Assembly: GCA_964606485.1 (NCBI GenBank)
Contig: CAZSGP010000001.1
Location: 353,085-417,084, forward strand
Direction of reading: 5' to 3'
DNA length: 64,000 nucleotides
Source of the DNA: an uncultured Planctomycetia bacterium
Lineage (GTDB): Bacteria; Omnitrophota; Gorgyraeia; 2-02-FULL-51-18
Part shown: piece after piece, positions 26,849 to 36,678 of the stretch
Position numbering within the stretch: position 1 is the first letter of the stretch
Layout: each line of letters opens with the position of its first letter
Position numbers and translations under genes: made by a program
Notes under the pieces: generated by a model
What the model was told of the DNA's origin: nothing
Database searches by the model: none
What the model saw: only the letters and a program-made list of their open reading frames with translations

Positions 26849-29647
26849 ATGGAAAAAGATTACATTTTCGTTAAAAACGCCCGCGAACACAATTTGCAGG
26901 GTGTGGATCTCAAGATTCCCCGCAATAAGCTTGTCGTTTTTACAGGCTTAAGCGGATCAGGAAAGTCCTCGCTCGCATTCGATACGATTTACGCTGAAGG
27001 GCAGCGCCGCTACGTCGAAAGTCTTTCGGCTTACGCTCGCCAATTTTTAGACCAAATGCAAAAGCCGGATGTCGAGTACATCGAAGGCTTGTCTCCTGCG
27101 ATTAGCATTGAGCAGCGCATTGCTGGGTCGAATCCTCGTTCGACGGTCGGGACCACCACGGAAATTTACGATTACCTGCGTCTACTTTTCGCTAAAACCG
27201 GCGTGCCGCATTGTTGGAAATGTAGACGGAAAATTTCGCGGCAAAGTTCGCAGGAAATCGTCGAGCAAATCTTAAAACAATTTGCCGATAAAAAAATTCA
27301 AGTGCTGGCGCCGATGATTGAAGGACGAAAAGGCGAGTACCAGCAAATTTTTAAAGACATTCAAAAGGAAGGATTTGTGCGCGTGCGTGTGGACGGCGTG
27401 GTGCGCGAGCTGTCGGAAAAAATTACACTCGATAAAAAGAAAAAGCACGTGATTGATATTGTGGTGGACCGCTTAGCTCTCAAAGAGGGCATTAAAAAGC
27501 GCCTGACGGATTCGGTGGAAGCAGCGCTCAAGACCGGAAAAGGAATTTTAAAGATTGCGGAGGAGGACAAGAAGGATCCGGATCAGATTTTTTCCGAGCT
27601 ACACGCCTGTGTGCACTGCGGACTCAGCTTTCAAACCCTAGAACCCCGGCTTTTTTCGTTCAACAGTCCTTACGGCGCGTGTCCCGAGTGCGATGGGCTT
27701 GGGAATTGCCTGGAGATTGATCCGGAGCTTGTGGTGCCGGATAAAACGCGTCCTTTGGGGGGTGGTGCGATAGCGGCGTGGAATCGCGGGGGTAAGTCGC
27801 TGATGATTTATTTGCGGCGATCGCTGCGCTACTTTGCCCAGCGCAATCACATTGATATGGACGCTCCTTTTAAGGATTTGACGAAGGCGCAAAAGGAATT
27901 GGTGTTGTACGGCGAGGACAAGGGTGGGGACCGGTGGTCGACGTTCGAGGGCGTAATTCCGAACTTGGAGCGGAGATTTAAGGAAACCGATTCGGAATTC
28001 ATGAAAGAAGAAATTAATAAATTCATGAGTCTGAAATTTTGCGAAACTTGCCAGGGCAAGCGCTTGAAGCCGGAAGCGCTGGCGGTGACGGTGGATGGCA
28101 AGAGCATTATGGACATTACGGCGTTTTCGATTGAGAACGCGGACAAATTTTTTAAGGACATCAAGCAGTCTGAGCAGGACCAGTTTATTGCGCGGCAGAT
28201 TCTAAAAGAAATTCGCGCGCGGCTTTCGTTTATGTTGAATGTGGGTTTGGGGTACTTAACACTCGACCGTATGTCCGGCACGCTGTCGGGCGGGGAAGCT
28301 CAGCGCATTCGTTTGGCGACGCAGATTGGGGCGGGGCTCATGGGTGTCTTGTATGTATTGGACGAGCCCTCCATTGGATTGCACCAGCGGGATAACGAAA
28401 AATTATTAGATGCGTTGATGACGCTTAGGGATTTGGGAAATACACTCATTGTCGTCGAGCATGACGAAGCCACCATGAAGCGCGCCGATTACTTGGTCGA
28501 CATGGGGCCGGGTGCTGGAAAGCACGGCGGAAAAATCGTATCAGCCGGAACCCCGGAAGAAGTGATGAAAGATAAAAACTCGCTGACCGGCCAATACTTG
28601 ACGGGAAAAGCGGGGATAGTCATTCCGGACAAGCGGCGGGAAACCAAAAAGAATCCAAAAATTGTAATTAAAAAAGCGTCAGAGAATAATTTGAAAAACG
28701 TCGACGTGGAAATTCCGATGGGCGTTTTCACTTGCGTTACCGGCGTGTCGGGTTCGGGGAAAAGTACGCTGGTGGATGACATTTTATTTCGCGGGCTAGC
28801 CAAAAAAATTTATGGCTCTAAAGAAAAAGTGGGCAAGCACGAAGCGATACTGGGCGCCGAAAAAATTGACAAGATCATTGAAATTGACCAGTCGCCGATT
28901 GGACGCACGCCGCGGTCGAATCCGGCGACGTACACGGGGCTTTTTGGGCCGATTCGGGATTTATTTGCAAAACTCCCCGAGGCAAAAATTCGCGGCTACG
29001 AGCCGGGGCGTTTTAGCTTTAACGTCAAAGGCGGGCGCTGTGAGGCTTGTGAAGGGGATGGCGTCAAAACAATTGAAATGCATTTTTTGCCGGATGTGTA
29101 TGTCACATGCGAAATTTGCAAAGGGCATCGTTTCAACGAACAAACGCTGGAGGTTCGCTACAAAGGAAAATCCATCGCCGATGTTTTGAAAATGAGCGTC
29201 GAAGAGGCGCTAGCGCTTTTTGAAAATATTCCGATGATTGCGTCGAAGCTTAAAACGCTGCATGAGGTGGGGCTAGATTACATTGAACTCGGTCAAGCGG
29301 CCACCACACTGTCGGGTGGAGAGGCTCAGCGCGTCAAGCTTGCCACCGAGCTTTCTAAGCGCGCCACGGGACGGACGTTTTACATTTTGGACGAACCGAC
29401 CACGGGACTGCATTTTGCTGACATTGACCGGCTTCTTAAAGTTTTGCAAACCCTGGTGAACCAGGGGAATTCGGTGCTTGTGATCGAGCACAATCTCGAC
29501 GTGATTAAGACTGCGGACTATCTCATTGATCTGGGTCCGGAGGGTGGGGATAAGGGCGGAGAAGTCGTGGCCATCGGAACCCCAGAGGAAGTGGCGAAGA
29601 ACCCCCGTTCTCATACGGGACGCTTCCTTAGATCTGTGCTAAAATAA
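26849..29647 (+). CDS. uvrA: Excinuclease ABC subunit A
   Basis: [67 protein letters not shown]. Two ABC modules and zinc fingers (CxxC pairs). The internal ATG was chosen over the track GTG at 26834. Confidence 0.95.
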   Translation: MEKDYIFVKNAREHNLQGVDLKIPRNKLVVFTGLSGSGKSSLAFDTIYAEGQRRYVESLSAYARQFLDQMQKPDVEYIEGLSPAISIEQRIAGSNPRSTVGTTTEIYDYLRLLFAKTGVPHCWKCRRKISRQSSQEIVEQILKQFADKKIQVLAPMIEGRKGEYQQIFKDIQKEGFVRVRVDGVVRELSEKITLDKKKKHVIDIVVDRLALKEGIKKRLTDSVEAALKTGKGILKIAEEDKKDPDQIFSELHACVHCGLSFQTLEPRLFSFNSPYGACPECDGLGNCLEIDPELVVPDKTRPLGGGAIAAWNRGGKSLMIYLRRSLRYFAQRNHIDMDAPFKDLTKAQKELVLYGEDKGGDRWSTFEGVIPNLERRFKETDSEFMKEEINKFMSLKFCETCQGKRLKPEALAVTVDGKSIMDITAFSIENADKFFKDIKQSEQDQFIARQILKEIRARLSFMLNVGLGYLTLDRMSGTLSGGEAQRIRLATQIGAGLMGVLYVLDEPSIGLHQRDNEKLLDALMTLRDLGNTLIVVEHDEATMKRADYLVDMGPGAGKHGGKIVSAGTPEEVMKDKNSLTGQYLTGKAGIVIPDKRRETKKNPKIVIKKASENNLKNVDVEIPMGVFTCVTGVSGSGKSTLVDDILFRGLAKKIYGSKEKVGKHEAILGAEKIDKIIEIDQSPIGRTPRSNPATYTGLFGPIRDLFAKLPEAKIRGYEPGRFSFNVKGGRCEACEGDGVKTIEMHFLPDVYVTCEICKGHRFNEQTLEVRYKGKSIADVLKMSVEEALALFENIPMIASKLKTLHEVGLDYIELGQAATTLSGGEAQRVKLATELSKRATGRTFYILDEPTTGLHFADIDRLLKVLQTLVNQGNSVLVIEHNLDVIKTADYLIDLGPEGGDKGGEVVAIGTPEEVAKNPRSHTGRFLRSVLK

Positions 29648-29661
29648 CCCCCCATTAGCCT

Positions 29662-32004
29662 ATGAACTTCAGAAAACATCTTTCAAAAGCATTGATTCTT
29701 ATTTGCCTCACCGTTCCCGCGCTCGCAGACAGCGCCCAGGAGAAAATCGGGGTAGGGCAGTCGTACCTTGAAATGAAGGATTACCCAAAGGCCATTGGGG
29801 TTTTTGAATCCATTACCCGTGAAAATATGCCGGGCTCGCTCCACGAAGAGGCGTCTTATTGGCTCGCCGAGACGTATTTCAAGTCGGGAGATTATTCGTC
29901 GGCGATTAAGTTTTATACCGAATTCATTCAGAAGTACCCGTCATCAAAATATTTTGTTTACGCTAAGTATTCCCGCGCGTGGTGCACCGCAGAACTTAAG
30001 AATGTTGATCAAGCGATTCAGGAATTTCAGGAAGTGGTCGAAAATTTCGAAGGACATACGCTTGCAGCAGATGCGCTTTATAAAATCGGGCAATGCCAGT
30101 TTGAGCAAAAAAAGTACGAAGCCGCTTCGAAAACCTTAGCCGATTTTATTCAGCAAAACTCGCTTAACCCCAAACTTCCGAATGCGGCGTATCTTGCCGG
30201 TGAATCTTTTTACCGGTTGGGGGAATTCACTGAAGCGCTGGACTATTTTAAAAAGTCCATCGAGTCGGGGGTGAGTGGTGAGTTAAAATCGCAGGTGCTC
30301 ATCGGGACCGGATGGAGTTATCTACAAATCGGAAAATACGCTGAAAGCTTGGAAAGTTTCTCGCTGATGGGCGAAGATTTTAACGGTTCGCCGTCGGAGG
30401 ATTTGTTTTTACTAGGACGGGCGCGTGCGCTTTCGAAGTTAGGCCGGCAGGAGGATGCGATGCGAGAGCTTGATCGCATCATTCAAGGCTTTCCGAAATC
30501 AAAGCTACTGGATCAGGCCTATTTTTGGAAGGCGGACTGTTTGTATAGTTCAGGTCGTTATCAGGATGCCGCTGATTTGTACGACGAAATGTTTCGACGA
30601 TTTCCGACAAGTTCTTTGATCAATGACATTCACACTAGCATGGGCTGGGCGTACGTGGCGCTTAAAAAGCCCCAAATCGCGATTGAGCATTTTAAGATCG
30701 TGGCCGAAGAAAGCAGCGATGAGGTTTTGCAGGTGGGAGCGTATTGCCGCATTGGAGACACTTATCTCGAAAACCAGGAACCCGAAAAGGCTCTGGAGGC
30801 CTATGACCAAGTGCTCAAGGAACACCCGAAGAGTTTTTATTCGGATTATGCGCAATATCAGTCCGCTTGTACGCTGCAAAAGTTAGGGCGCTTGGACGCG
30901 GCGATCTTTAGTTTTCAGAGCATGCTCGTTAATTTTCCGCAAAGCCATTTCAAGGCTGAGGCGATGTACCGATTGGGAACAGCACTTGCTCAGAAACAAA
31001 ATTTTCGAGACGCGATTGAGCAATTTAAAAAGCTGATCGCAGCGTTTCCAGAAAGCTCTCTCAAAGATAAGGCTTATTTTCAAATTGGCAGTGCGTTTTT
31101 TAGCACAGCGGAGTACGACAAGGCGCTCGAGGTGTTTCGATCGGTCGTGGAGAAAGCGCCGGATACGGACATCGGTCGCTACGCAAAGTACCAGATGGGG
31201 TGGTGCTTTTTTAAAATGAATCGCGACGAAGAAGCGATCCGCGAGTTTGAAGATTTTATAAAGAAATACCCGGAAAGCGAAATGATGCCCGATGTTCTGT
31301 ATGGCTTGGGCGAATATTATTTTAACCGCGGTCAGTACGCGAAGGCTCGGGAATACTTTCAGCAGATCGGGTCGAAGTTCCCAAAAAGTTCGCTGGCCGA
31401 CGATGCTCATTTTTCAACTGCGTCGACGTTTGAGCGAGAGGGCGACTTGTGGGCCATGGTCAAAGAATTTCAGGATTTAGCGGGATTATTTCCAGCAAGT
31501 CCCTTGTCGGCGAAAGGTCTTTTGAAAGTGGCGGATTTTTTGGTGTCGCAGGGAAAATCTGAGGAGGCCAGGCTTGAGCTTTTAAAAATCATCAACGTGG
31601 TTGAAAAAGGAACAAATCGTGCCATGGCTGCGAAAAAGCTTGGTGAGATTTTGCGCGCCCAGGGACATTTAAAAGAAGCGGCGTTTTATTTTAGCGAAGC
31701 TCTGAAGGACGCGCCCGAGGAAATGGCTTGTGAAGCAAATTTTAATTTAGCAGAAGTGTATGAAACGCAAGGTGAGGCCGAAAAAGCGGCTCAAGAGTTT
31801 TTGAAAGTCAGCGAAACATACCCCAAGAACATGATCTACATGGACCGCGCCCGTTTGCGCTCAGCTAAGATATACGAAGATTTGGGTCAGAACGAAAATG
31901 CGATAAAAGTTTATTCCAAAATTGCGGCTTCCAGTTCAAACCAAAAAGATTTTGCAGTAGAACAAATCGAAAAATTAAAACAAGAACTTAAGAACAAGAA
32001 ATAA
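29662..32004 (+). CDS. Large secreted TPR-repeat protein (YbgF/CpoB-like tol-pal associated repeats, ~18 TPR units)
   Basis: Signal peptide, then repeated 34-aa units with the W/Y-x-x-A/G-x-x-Y/F pattern throughout. Located directly upstream of tolQ/tolR-like genes. Confidence 0.6.
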   Translation: MNFRKHLSKALILICLTVPALADSAQEKIGVGQSYLEMKDYPKAIGVFESITRENMPGSLHEEASYWLAETYFKSGDYSSAIKFYTEFIQKYPSSKYFVYAKYSRAWCTAELKNVDQAIQEFQEVVENFEGHTLAADALYKIGQCQFEQKKYEAASKTLADFIQQNSLNPKLPNAAYLAGESFYRLGEFTEALDYFKKSIESGVSGELKSQVLIGTGWSYLQIGKYAESLESFSLMGEDFNGSPSEDLFLLGRARALSKLGRQEDAMRELDRIIQGFPKSKLLDQAYFWKADCLYSSGRYQDAADLYDEMFRRFPTSSLINDIHTSMGWAYVALKKPQIAIEHFKIVAEESSDEVLQVGAYCRIGDTYLENQEPEKALEAYDQVLKEHPKSFYSDYAQYQSACTLQKLGRLDAAIFSFQSMLVNFPQSHFKAEAMYRLGTALAQKQNFRDAIEQFKKLIAAFPESSLKDKAYFQIGSAFFSTAEYDKALEVFRSVVEKAPDTDIGRYAKYQMGWCFFKMNRDEEAIREFEDFIKKYPESEMMPDVLYGLGEYYFNRGQYAKAREYFQQIGSKFPKSSLADDAHFSTASTFEREGDLWAMVKEFQDLAGLFPASPLSAKGLLKVADFLVSQGKSEEARLELLKIINVVEKGTNRAMAAKKLGEILRAQGHLKEAAFYFSEALKDAPEEMACEANFNLAEVYETQGEAEKAAQEFLKVSETYPKNMIYMDRARLRSAKIYEDLGQNENAIKVYSKIAASSSNQKDFAVEQIEKLKQELKNKK

Positions 32005-32020
32005 AGGAGGAGTTAGCGTT

Positions 32021-32653
32021 ATGTGGGAATTCATGCAAAAGGGCGGGCCGATCATGTGGCCGATATTGCTTTGTTCGATTGTGGCGTTTGCCATTGTGGT
32101 GGAGCGCTTGATGGCGCTGCGCAAAGAGCAGATTGACACAAAAAGTTTTATGGAACAAATTTCGAAAAGTTTAAAAAGAAACAAAGTGATGGAAGCGCTC
32201 GATCTTTGCGATAAAACGAAGGGGCCCATCGCGAGTGTGCTCAAGGCTGGTATTTTGAAACACGACCGTCCGCGGCAAGATGTGCGAGAGGCTATTGAAG
32301 ATGCGGCCATTCACGAAGTGCCGCGTCTTGAGAAAAACTTACCTGTTTTAGCAACTATTGCGCATGTGGCTCCGCTCTTAGGTTTGCTTGGTACCGTGAC
32401 CGGAATGGTCGCGGCGTTTCAGGTGATTCAGAGTAAGGCGACCTCGCTCAATCCCGTGAATCCAGGGGATCTGGCGGGAGGAATTTGGGAAGCGCTTTTA
32501 ACGACGGTGTTCGGTCTTTGTGTGGCGATTCCGACGTTTGTGGCTTACAACTATTTGGTGAGTCGGGTGGATGGGTTTGTGTTAGAAATGGAACGCAGCG
32601 CAACCGATCTTTTAAACATTTTGGGCGAAAAACGCGACGAGTCGGAGCTTTAA
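32021..32653 (+). CDS. MotA/TolQ/ExbB family proton channel
   Basis: Three TM helices and the conserved GLLGTVTGM...AF block typical of TolQ/ExbB. Confidence 0.85.
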   Translation: MWEFMQKGGPIMWPILLCSIVAFAIVVERLMALRKEQIDTKSFMEQISKSLKRNKVMEALDLCDKTKGPIASVLKAGILKHDRPRQDVREAIEDAAIHEVPRLEKNLPVLATIAHVAPLLGLLGTVTGMVAAFQVIQSKATSLNPVNPGDLAGGIWEALLTTVFGLCVAIPTFVAYNYLVSRVDGFVLEMERSATDLLNILGEKRDESEL

Positions 32654-32656
32654 TTT

Positions 32657-33076
32657 ATGCGGTTTGAACGCATCAAAAGACGCACGGAAATTAAAAAAGG
32701 CCAGCTCGACATCGCACCTCTCATCGATGTGGTGTTTCAGCTGTTGATATTTTTCATGCTCACTTCGAATTTTGTGTTACAACCGGGAATTTCTGTGAAG
32801 CTCCCGAAAGCCATCACCTCGGAAGTTATTTCGAGCGATAATCTAGTTGTCACAATTACGGCGCAGGATTTACTTTTCTTAAATGAGAGTCCGATCACGA
32901 TTGAAGATTTGACTCAAAAATTAAAGGCGGCCGCTGAGGACAAAAAATCCATCCTTCTAAAGGCGGATTCGGGAGCATCGCTTGGGCGCATTGTGGAAGT
33001 GTGGGATTTGTGCCGGGATTTAGGAATTGCGCAGGTTAACATTGCTACCGGCCAAAAGGGGGGTAGTACCGCTTGA
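32657..33076 (+). CDS. TolR/ExbD family protein
   Basis: Basic N-terminus followed by TM IDVVFQLLIFFM, at ExbD/TolR length. Confidence 0.85.
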   Translation: MRFERIKRRTEIKKGQLDIAPLIDVVFQLLIFFMLTSNFVLQPGISVKLPKAITSEVISSDNLVVTITAQDLLFLNESPITIEDLTQKLKAAAEDKKSILLKADSGASLGRIVEVWDLCRDLGIAQVNIATGQKGGSTA

Positions 33077-33516
33077 ACTCCAATTTTTGGGGCTGGTCTT
33101 TTACGGACCGGAATTTTTTAAAAGCATTGTCCATTTCACTCTTGTGGCATGGGTTTTGGTTTTTTGCGGTGGTTATTTCTGTCAACCCAAAGCGTTTTGC
33201 ATTTAAAGAGCACGCAAAAGTTGTTTCGCTGGGCCCCGTTTTAAATGACACTATTTTCCGAACACTGGTAGATTCGCGTCCCGAGACCTCCCAGGTTGTT
33301 TACCGGAGACTCTCTGATTTTAAATCACCCGTTGAACTGGAAACAAGAACGCTTGAGCGCGAAGCATTGCCTCAAGGACAGGTGGTTAGCGTGCCGGGCT
33401 TGCAAAATGAACCGTCGCTTCTACGGCAGTTGATTGGCGGAGAAAAATTGTCACCGGAATCTGAGTCCGCAGATCAAGATCCTGAATATTTGCGTCACTG
33501 GAAGTCGAGGGTTTAG
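33073..33516 (+). CDS. Membrane-anchored hypothetical protein (TonB/TolA-position, lacks recognisable C-terminal domain)
   Basis: TTG start overlapping the tolR stop. N-terminal TM WHGFWFFAVVISV, then a ~100 aa low-conservation periplasmic tail. Confidence 0.3.
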   Translation: MNSNFWGWSFTDRNFLKALSISLLWHGFWFFAVVISVNPKRFAFKEHAKVVSLGPVLNDTIFRTLVDSRPETSQVVYRRLSDFKSPVELETRTLEREALPQGQVVSVPGLQNEPSLLRQLIGGEKLSPESESADQDPEYLRHWKSRV

Positions 33517-33518
33517 CG

Positions 33519-33764
33519 ATGATTCGAGTGGATGTCTCAACGATGGTTTTTTTGTACATCATGAGCTCGCTGCTCGTTATTTTTGTTTTATGGATATTTT
33601 TTGAGAAAACGACGGTTTTGCCAAAGTTTGTGCGCGAAGAGGCGGATGTTTGGGAGTGCACAATTTGCGGGTATACCTACGTGGATTCGACACATCAAGA
33701 GATTTCCCAGTGCCCGCAGTGCAAGAGCTATAACAAAAAAAGCCAAGAAGAGCGTTTCGTTTAA
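33519..33764 (+). CDS. Small membrane protein with C-terminal rubredoxin-like zinc ribbon (CxxC...CxxC)
   Basis: TM MVFLYIMSSLLVIFVLWIFF, then CTICGY...CPQCKS. Confidence 0.4.
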   Translation: MIRVDVSTMVFLYIMSSLLVIFVLWIFFEKTTVLPKFVREEADVWECTICGYTYVDSTHQEISQCPQCKSYNKKSQEERFV

Positions 33765-33832
33765 GATTGATTTATTGAAGGATGGTCATTATCATAGTGG
33801 CGAATTTCGTACGCTCATCGTAAGGGGGAAGA

Positions 33833-34033
33833 ATGATCACTGAAATTGGAATTGTGGCTGGAGATATCTGGCACTATTTGGATCAGAACAAGACCTGTTT
33901 TTTGTCGGAGCTTATCAAGGGAATTGATAAGAAAAAGGATGTTGTGATGATGAGTTTAGGGTGGCTTGCCCGTGAAGGCCATGTCATCATGGAAGAGACC
34001 GGCGGGGATTATAAAGTTACGCTGCGCTTCTAA
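33833..34033 (+). CDS. Small winged-helix-like protein (DUF2582-like)
   Basis: 66 aa with a wHTH-like pattern ...LSELIKGIDKKKDVVMMSLGWLAREGHV. Confidence 0.35.
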   Translation: MITEIGIVAGDIWHYLDQNKTCFLSELIKGIDKKKDVVMMSLGWLAREGHVIMEETGGDYKVTLRF

Positions 34034-34035
34034 CG

Positions 34036-34341
34036 TTGATTATTTTTTGTACGGCGCCTGATACCGAGACGGCGCGAACCCTCGCCAAGGTTCTAGTGGA
34101 TAAAAAACTGGCGGCCTGTGTTTCTTTTCAGGGCGGGTGGGAATCGCGATACCGCTGGAAGGGCAAGGTTGAAACGGCCAAAGAAGTTTTACTTCTCATT
34201 AAAGCGCCCGAGAAGAGTTTTAAGAAGATCAAAAAAGCTATTCTTCAGAATCACCCGTACGAAGTGCCGGAAATTCTAGCGGTTCGCGTCGGTAAGAGTT
34301 ACAAAAAATATTTGCAGTGGTTAGAAAGTTCGATGGAATAA
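34036..34341 (+). CDS. cutA: Divalent-cation tolerance protein CutA
   Basis: IIFCTAPDTETARTLAKVLVDKKLAACVSF...YRWKGKVE...ILQNHPYEVPEILAV matches CutA1. Confidence 0.8.
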   Translation: MIIFCTAPDTETARTLAKVLVDKKLAACVSFQGGWESRYRWKGKVETAKEVLLLIKAPEKSFKKIKKAILQNHPYEVPEILAVRVGKSYKKYLQWLESSME

Positions 34342-34353
34342 ACCCAATTTTTT

Positions 34354-34426
34354 GGGCCTGTAGCTCAGTTGGTAGAGCGCCTCGTTCGCAATGAGGAGGC
34401 CAGCGGTTCGACCCCGCTCAGGTCCA
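34354..34426 (+). tRNA. tRNA-Ala (anticodon CGC), CCA not encoded
   Basis: Hand-folded cloverleaf: acceptor GGGCCTG/CAGGTCC with the G3:U70 Ala identity pair, D-arm TAGCTCAGTTGGTAGAGC, anticodon loop TTCGCAA, T-arm AGCGGTTCGACCCCGCT. Confidence 0.85.
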
Positions 34427-34446
34427 CGTTTTTTTTAGGAGAAAAG

Positions 34447-34911
34447 ATGCCGCGAGTTATTTCGTTTAATTATGTGCTCACAGACAAGTCTGGTAAGAAG
34501 TTGGATGCCTCGAAGGGCGAGCCACTTTCATATATCGAAGGAAGTCATCAGATTATTCCGGGACTCGAGAGCGAGCTCTCCTCTCTAAAAAAAGGGGATA
34601 AGAAGAAAATTTCGGTACCCGCTGCCGAAGCGTACGGCGAATTGAACCCCGATCTCAAAATGGCCGTCGCCCGAGATAAATTTCCTTCGACGAATATCAG
34701 CGTGGGCGACCGTTTCCGCGGCGGCCCAGAATCCCATGCGCCCATTTTTACCGTGATTGCCGTTTCAGAGACCGAGATTACTGTTGATGGGAATCATCCT
34801 TTGGCAGGGCAAGATCTGGTGTTTGATATCGAGCTCACGGGCATCCGGGAAGCCACGCAGGAAGAGCTTTCACACGGTCATGCTCACGGCGAGCATGGGC
34901 ATTCGCACTAG
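34447..34911 (+). CDS. slyD: FKBP-type peptidyl-prolyl isomerase SlyD-like with His-rich metal-binding tail
   Basis: MPRVISFNYVLTDKSGKKLDAS (FKBP beta-strand start), an IF-domain insert and the C-terminal HGHAHGEHGHSH. The internal ATG has an RBS; the track ORF upstream part overlaps the tRNA. Confidence 0.85.
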   Translation: MPRVISFNYVLTDKSGKKLDASKGEPLSYIEGSHQIIPGLESELSSLKKGDKKKISVPAAEAYGELNPDLKMAVARDKFPSTNISVGDRFRGGPESHAPIFTVIAVSETEITVDGNHPLAGQDLVFDIELTGIREATQEELSHGHAHGEHGHSH

Positions 34912-35771
34912 TTTTTAATCGGAACGTCTTTCTTTTTAAACTTTTCTTTTACTTTTTCGTATTCGGCGAGCATTTTTTTGATTTTAGATGCCGGTACGGC
35001 AAAGCCAATATTCTGCGCATTCTGAACCACTGCTAAATTAATTCCCAAAAGTCTTCCTTCCAAATTAAGAAGCGCGCCGCCGCTAGAGCCCGGATTGATT
35101 GAAGCGTCCGTTTGAATGAGGTCCGTGAATGAATGGTTTCCGGTTCCCGCGTTGAACGAGCGACCCGTGCCGCTCACAATCCCCGAACTCACCGAGCCAT
35201 TGAGTCCCAGCGGGTTTCCGATCGCAATCACGGTTTCGCCGAGCAGAATATCATCCGAAAGCGGCACCGGTTTAATGGGCGAGGGTGGGCTGATTTGAAG
35301 GAGAGCAAGGTCATCGTCATTATCCGTTCCGAGTAGGCTAGCCTCCAGCGTCTGACCATCCTGTAAGGTCACAAACACGCGGCTTGCCATGTGAACCACA
35401 TGCGCATTGGTGATGATTAGTCCGTCGCCCGAAACAACGACGCCCGATCCAAGACTTGTTGTTTTCATGGCATTGATAAAATTTTGGTTGTAGGTATTAA
35501 AAAAATTATCAAATTGATTTCCGTAATTTCCCCAAAAAGGATTATGCTGCAGGAGAACCAATTTTTCAGTGCTGATATTCACTACCGACGGCTCCACTTC
35601 CTTAATAATTTGAACAATGGGCGTTTCGCGCACACTTTGTGCAGCCCATAAGAGGGGAGATATCCCAATGAGAAGGACTCCCAGGATGAGGTTAAATCGG
35701 GTTCGAATTTTCATGACTTTACCTTGGTTTAATATACTGAATAGGCGTTTTCTTTTCAATAGCTTTGGCAT
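34908..35771 (-). CDS. Trypsin-like serine protease (S1C/HtrA-type protease domain, no PDZ)
   Basis: Catalytic triad contexts TNAHVV, DDLALL and GNSGGALL. Signal/TM at the N-terminus. Converges with slyD. Confidence 0.75.
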   Translation of the reverse strand: MPKLLKRKRLFSILNQGKVMKIRTRFNLILGVLLIGISPLLWAAQSVRETPIVQIIKEVEPSVVNISTEKLVLLQHNPFWGNYGNQFDNFFNTYNQNFINAMKTTSLGSGVVVSGDGLIITNAHVVHMASRVFVTLQDGQTLEASLLGTDNDDDLALLQISPPSPIKPVPLSDDILLGETVIAIGNPLGLNGSVSSGIVSGTGRSFNAGTGNHSFTDLIQTDASINPGSSGGALLNLEGRLLGINLAVVQNAQNIGFAVPASKIKKMLAEYEKVKEKFKKKDVPIKN

Positions 35772-35800
35772 ACAATAGACGCGTTTCTTAAGGAGAAATC

Positions 35801-36082
35801 ATGAAAAAAATATTCTTAGTGGTTGGAATGATTCTATTGGGTCAAGGGGTGCTGATGGCCGCAGAACGCGGAACGCCCGAATACGAAAAAATTAAAGAGT
35901 ACAAAAAATCTCAGAAGGCTAAAAAAGAAGCGGAAAAATTAAATCCGCCGTCAAAGGAAAAGGGTTTCTGGCAGAAAGAAGCGGAGCGTTCAGGCTTTGC
36001 TGGAACGGGTGCGATGTTTTCAAATTCCGTCGGCCGCGTCCTGCCCTTTGACGCACCAAATTCCAGAAAAAAAGCCGAGTAA
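35801..36082 (+). CDS. Small secreted Lys-rich hypothetical protein
   Basis: Signal peptide MKKIFLVVGMILLGQGVLMAA, then a charged region. Good RBS AAGGAGAAATC. Confidence 0.35.
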   Translation: MKKIFLVVGMILLGQGVLMAAERGTPEYEKIKEYKKSQKAKKEAEKLNPPSKEKGFWQKEAERSGFAGTGAMFSNSVGRVLPFDAPNSRKKAE

Positions 36083-36088
36083 GAGAGC

Positions 36089-36535
36089 TTGTCTCGACTC
36101 ATCGAATATATTCGCGCTGTTGCGCGGGGCGACAAGCCCGCACCACCCGTCGCCAAACTTCTCGACATGCGCATCACGACTGTGGAGGACGGACGTGTCA
36201 CCATGCAAATGCCGGTGGATGAGCGCTATGGCAATCAGATTGGCACGACGCATGGCGGGATTATTTGTGACATCGCGGATGCGGCCATGGGCACCGCTTT
36301 TGCGACCACCTGCAATGAAGGCGAAACTTACGCCACGGTGGAGCTTAAGTGTAATTTCTTGAGACCCGTATGGAATTCGATGTTGACCGCCAATGCCTGG
36401 GTCGTCCAGCGCGGTAAAACGATGGGAATGGCCGAGTGCGAAGTGCGTGATGGCGAGAATAAACTCATCGCGAAACTCAGTTGCACACTCGCTATCCTTC
36501 AAGGCGACGCCGCAAAAGGAAGAGCCTTAAGATAA
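36089..36535 (+). CDS. PaaI-family hotdog-fold thioesterase
   Basis: HGGIICDIADAAMG and the surrounding hotdog pattern characteristic of PaaI/YbgC-like thioesterases. Confidence 0.75.
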   Translation: MSRLIEYIRAVARGDKPAPPVAKLLDMRITTVEDGRVTMQMPVDERYGNQIGTTHGGIICDIADAAMGTAFATTCNEGETYATVELKCNFLRPVWNSMLTANAWVVQRGKTMGMAECEVRDGENKLIAKLSCTLAILQGDAAKGRALR

Positions 36536-36564
36536 GATTAACGAATTGTGCGACAAATACTATA

Positions 36565-36599
36565 AACCCCTCTAGCGAGCGATTCCTGGAGGGGTTTTT
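36565..36599 (+). terminator. Rho-independent terminator after thioesterase gene
   Basis: CCCCTC ... GAGGGG stem followed by TTTTT. Confidence 0.55.
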
Positions 36600-36678
36600 C
36601 ATTTGAAAAAATTATATAATTATGGTAATATATAGTTAATATTGATAATTTATAAATAGATCAAAGGAGGATCCGTTT

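Noticed and set aside
36020-36502. 160-aa minus-strand ORF
   Set aside because: Antisense to the PaaI thioesterase gene, which has a clear conserved motif. Spurious.
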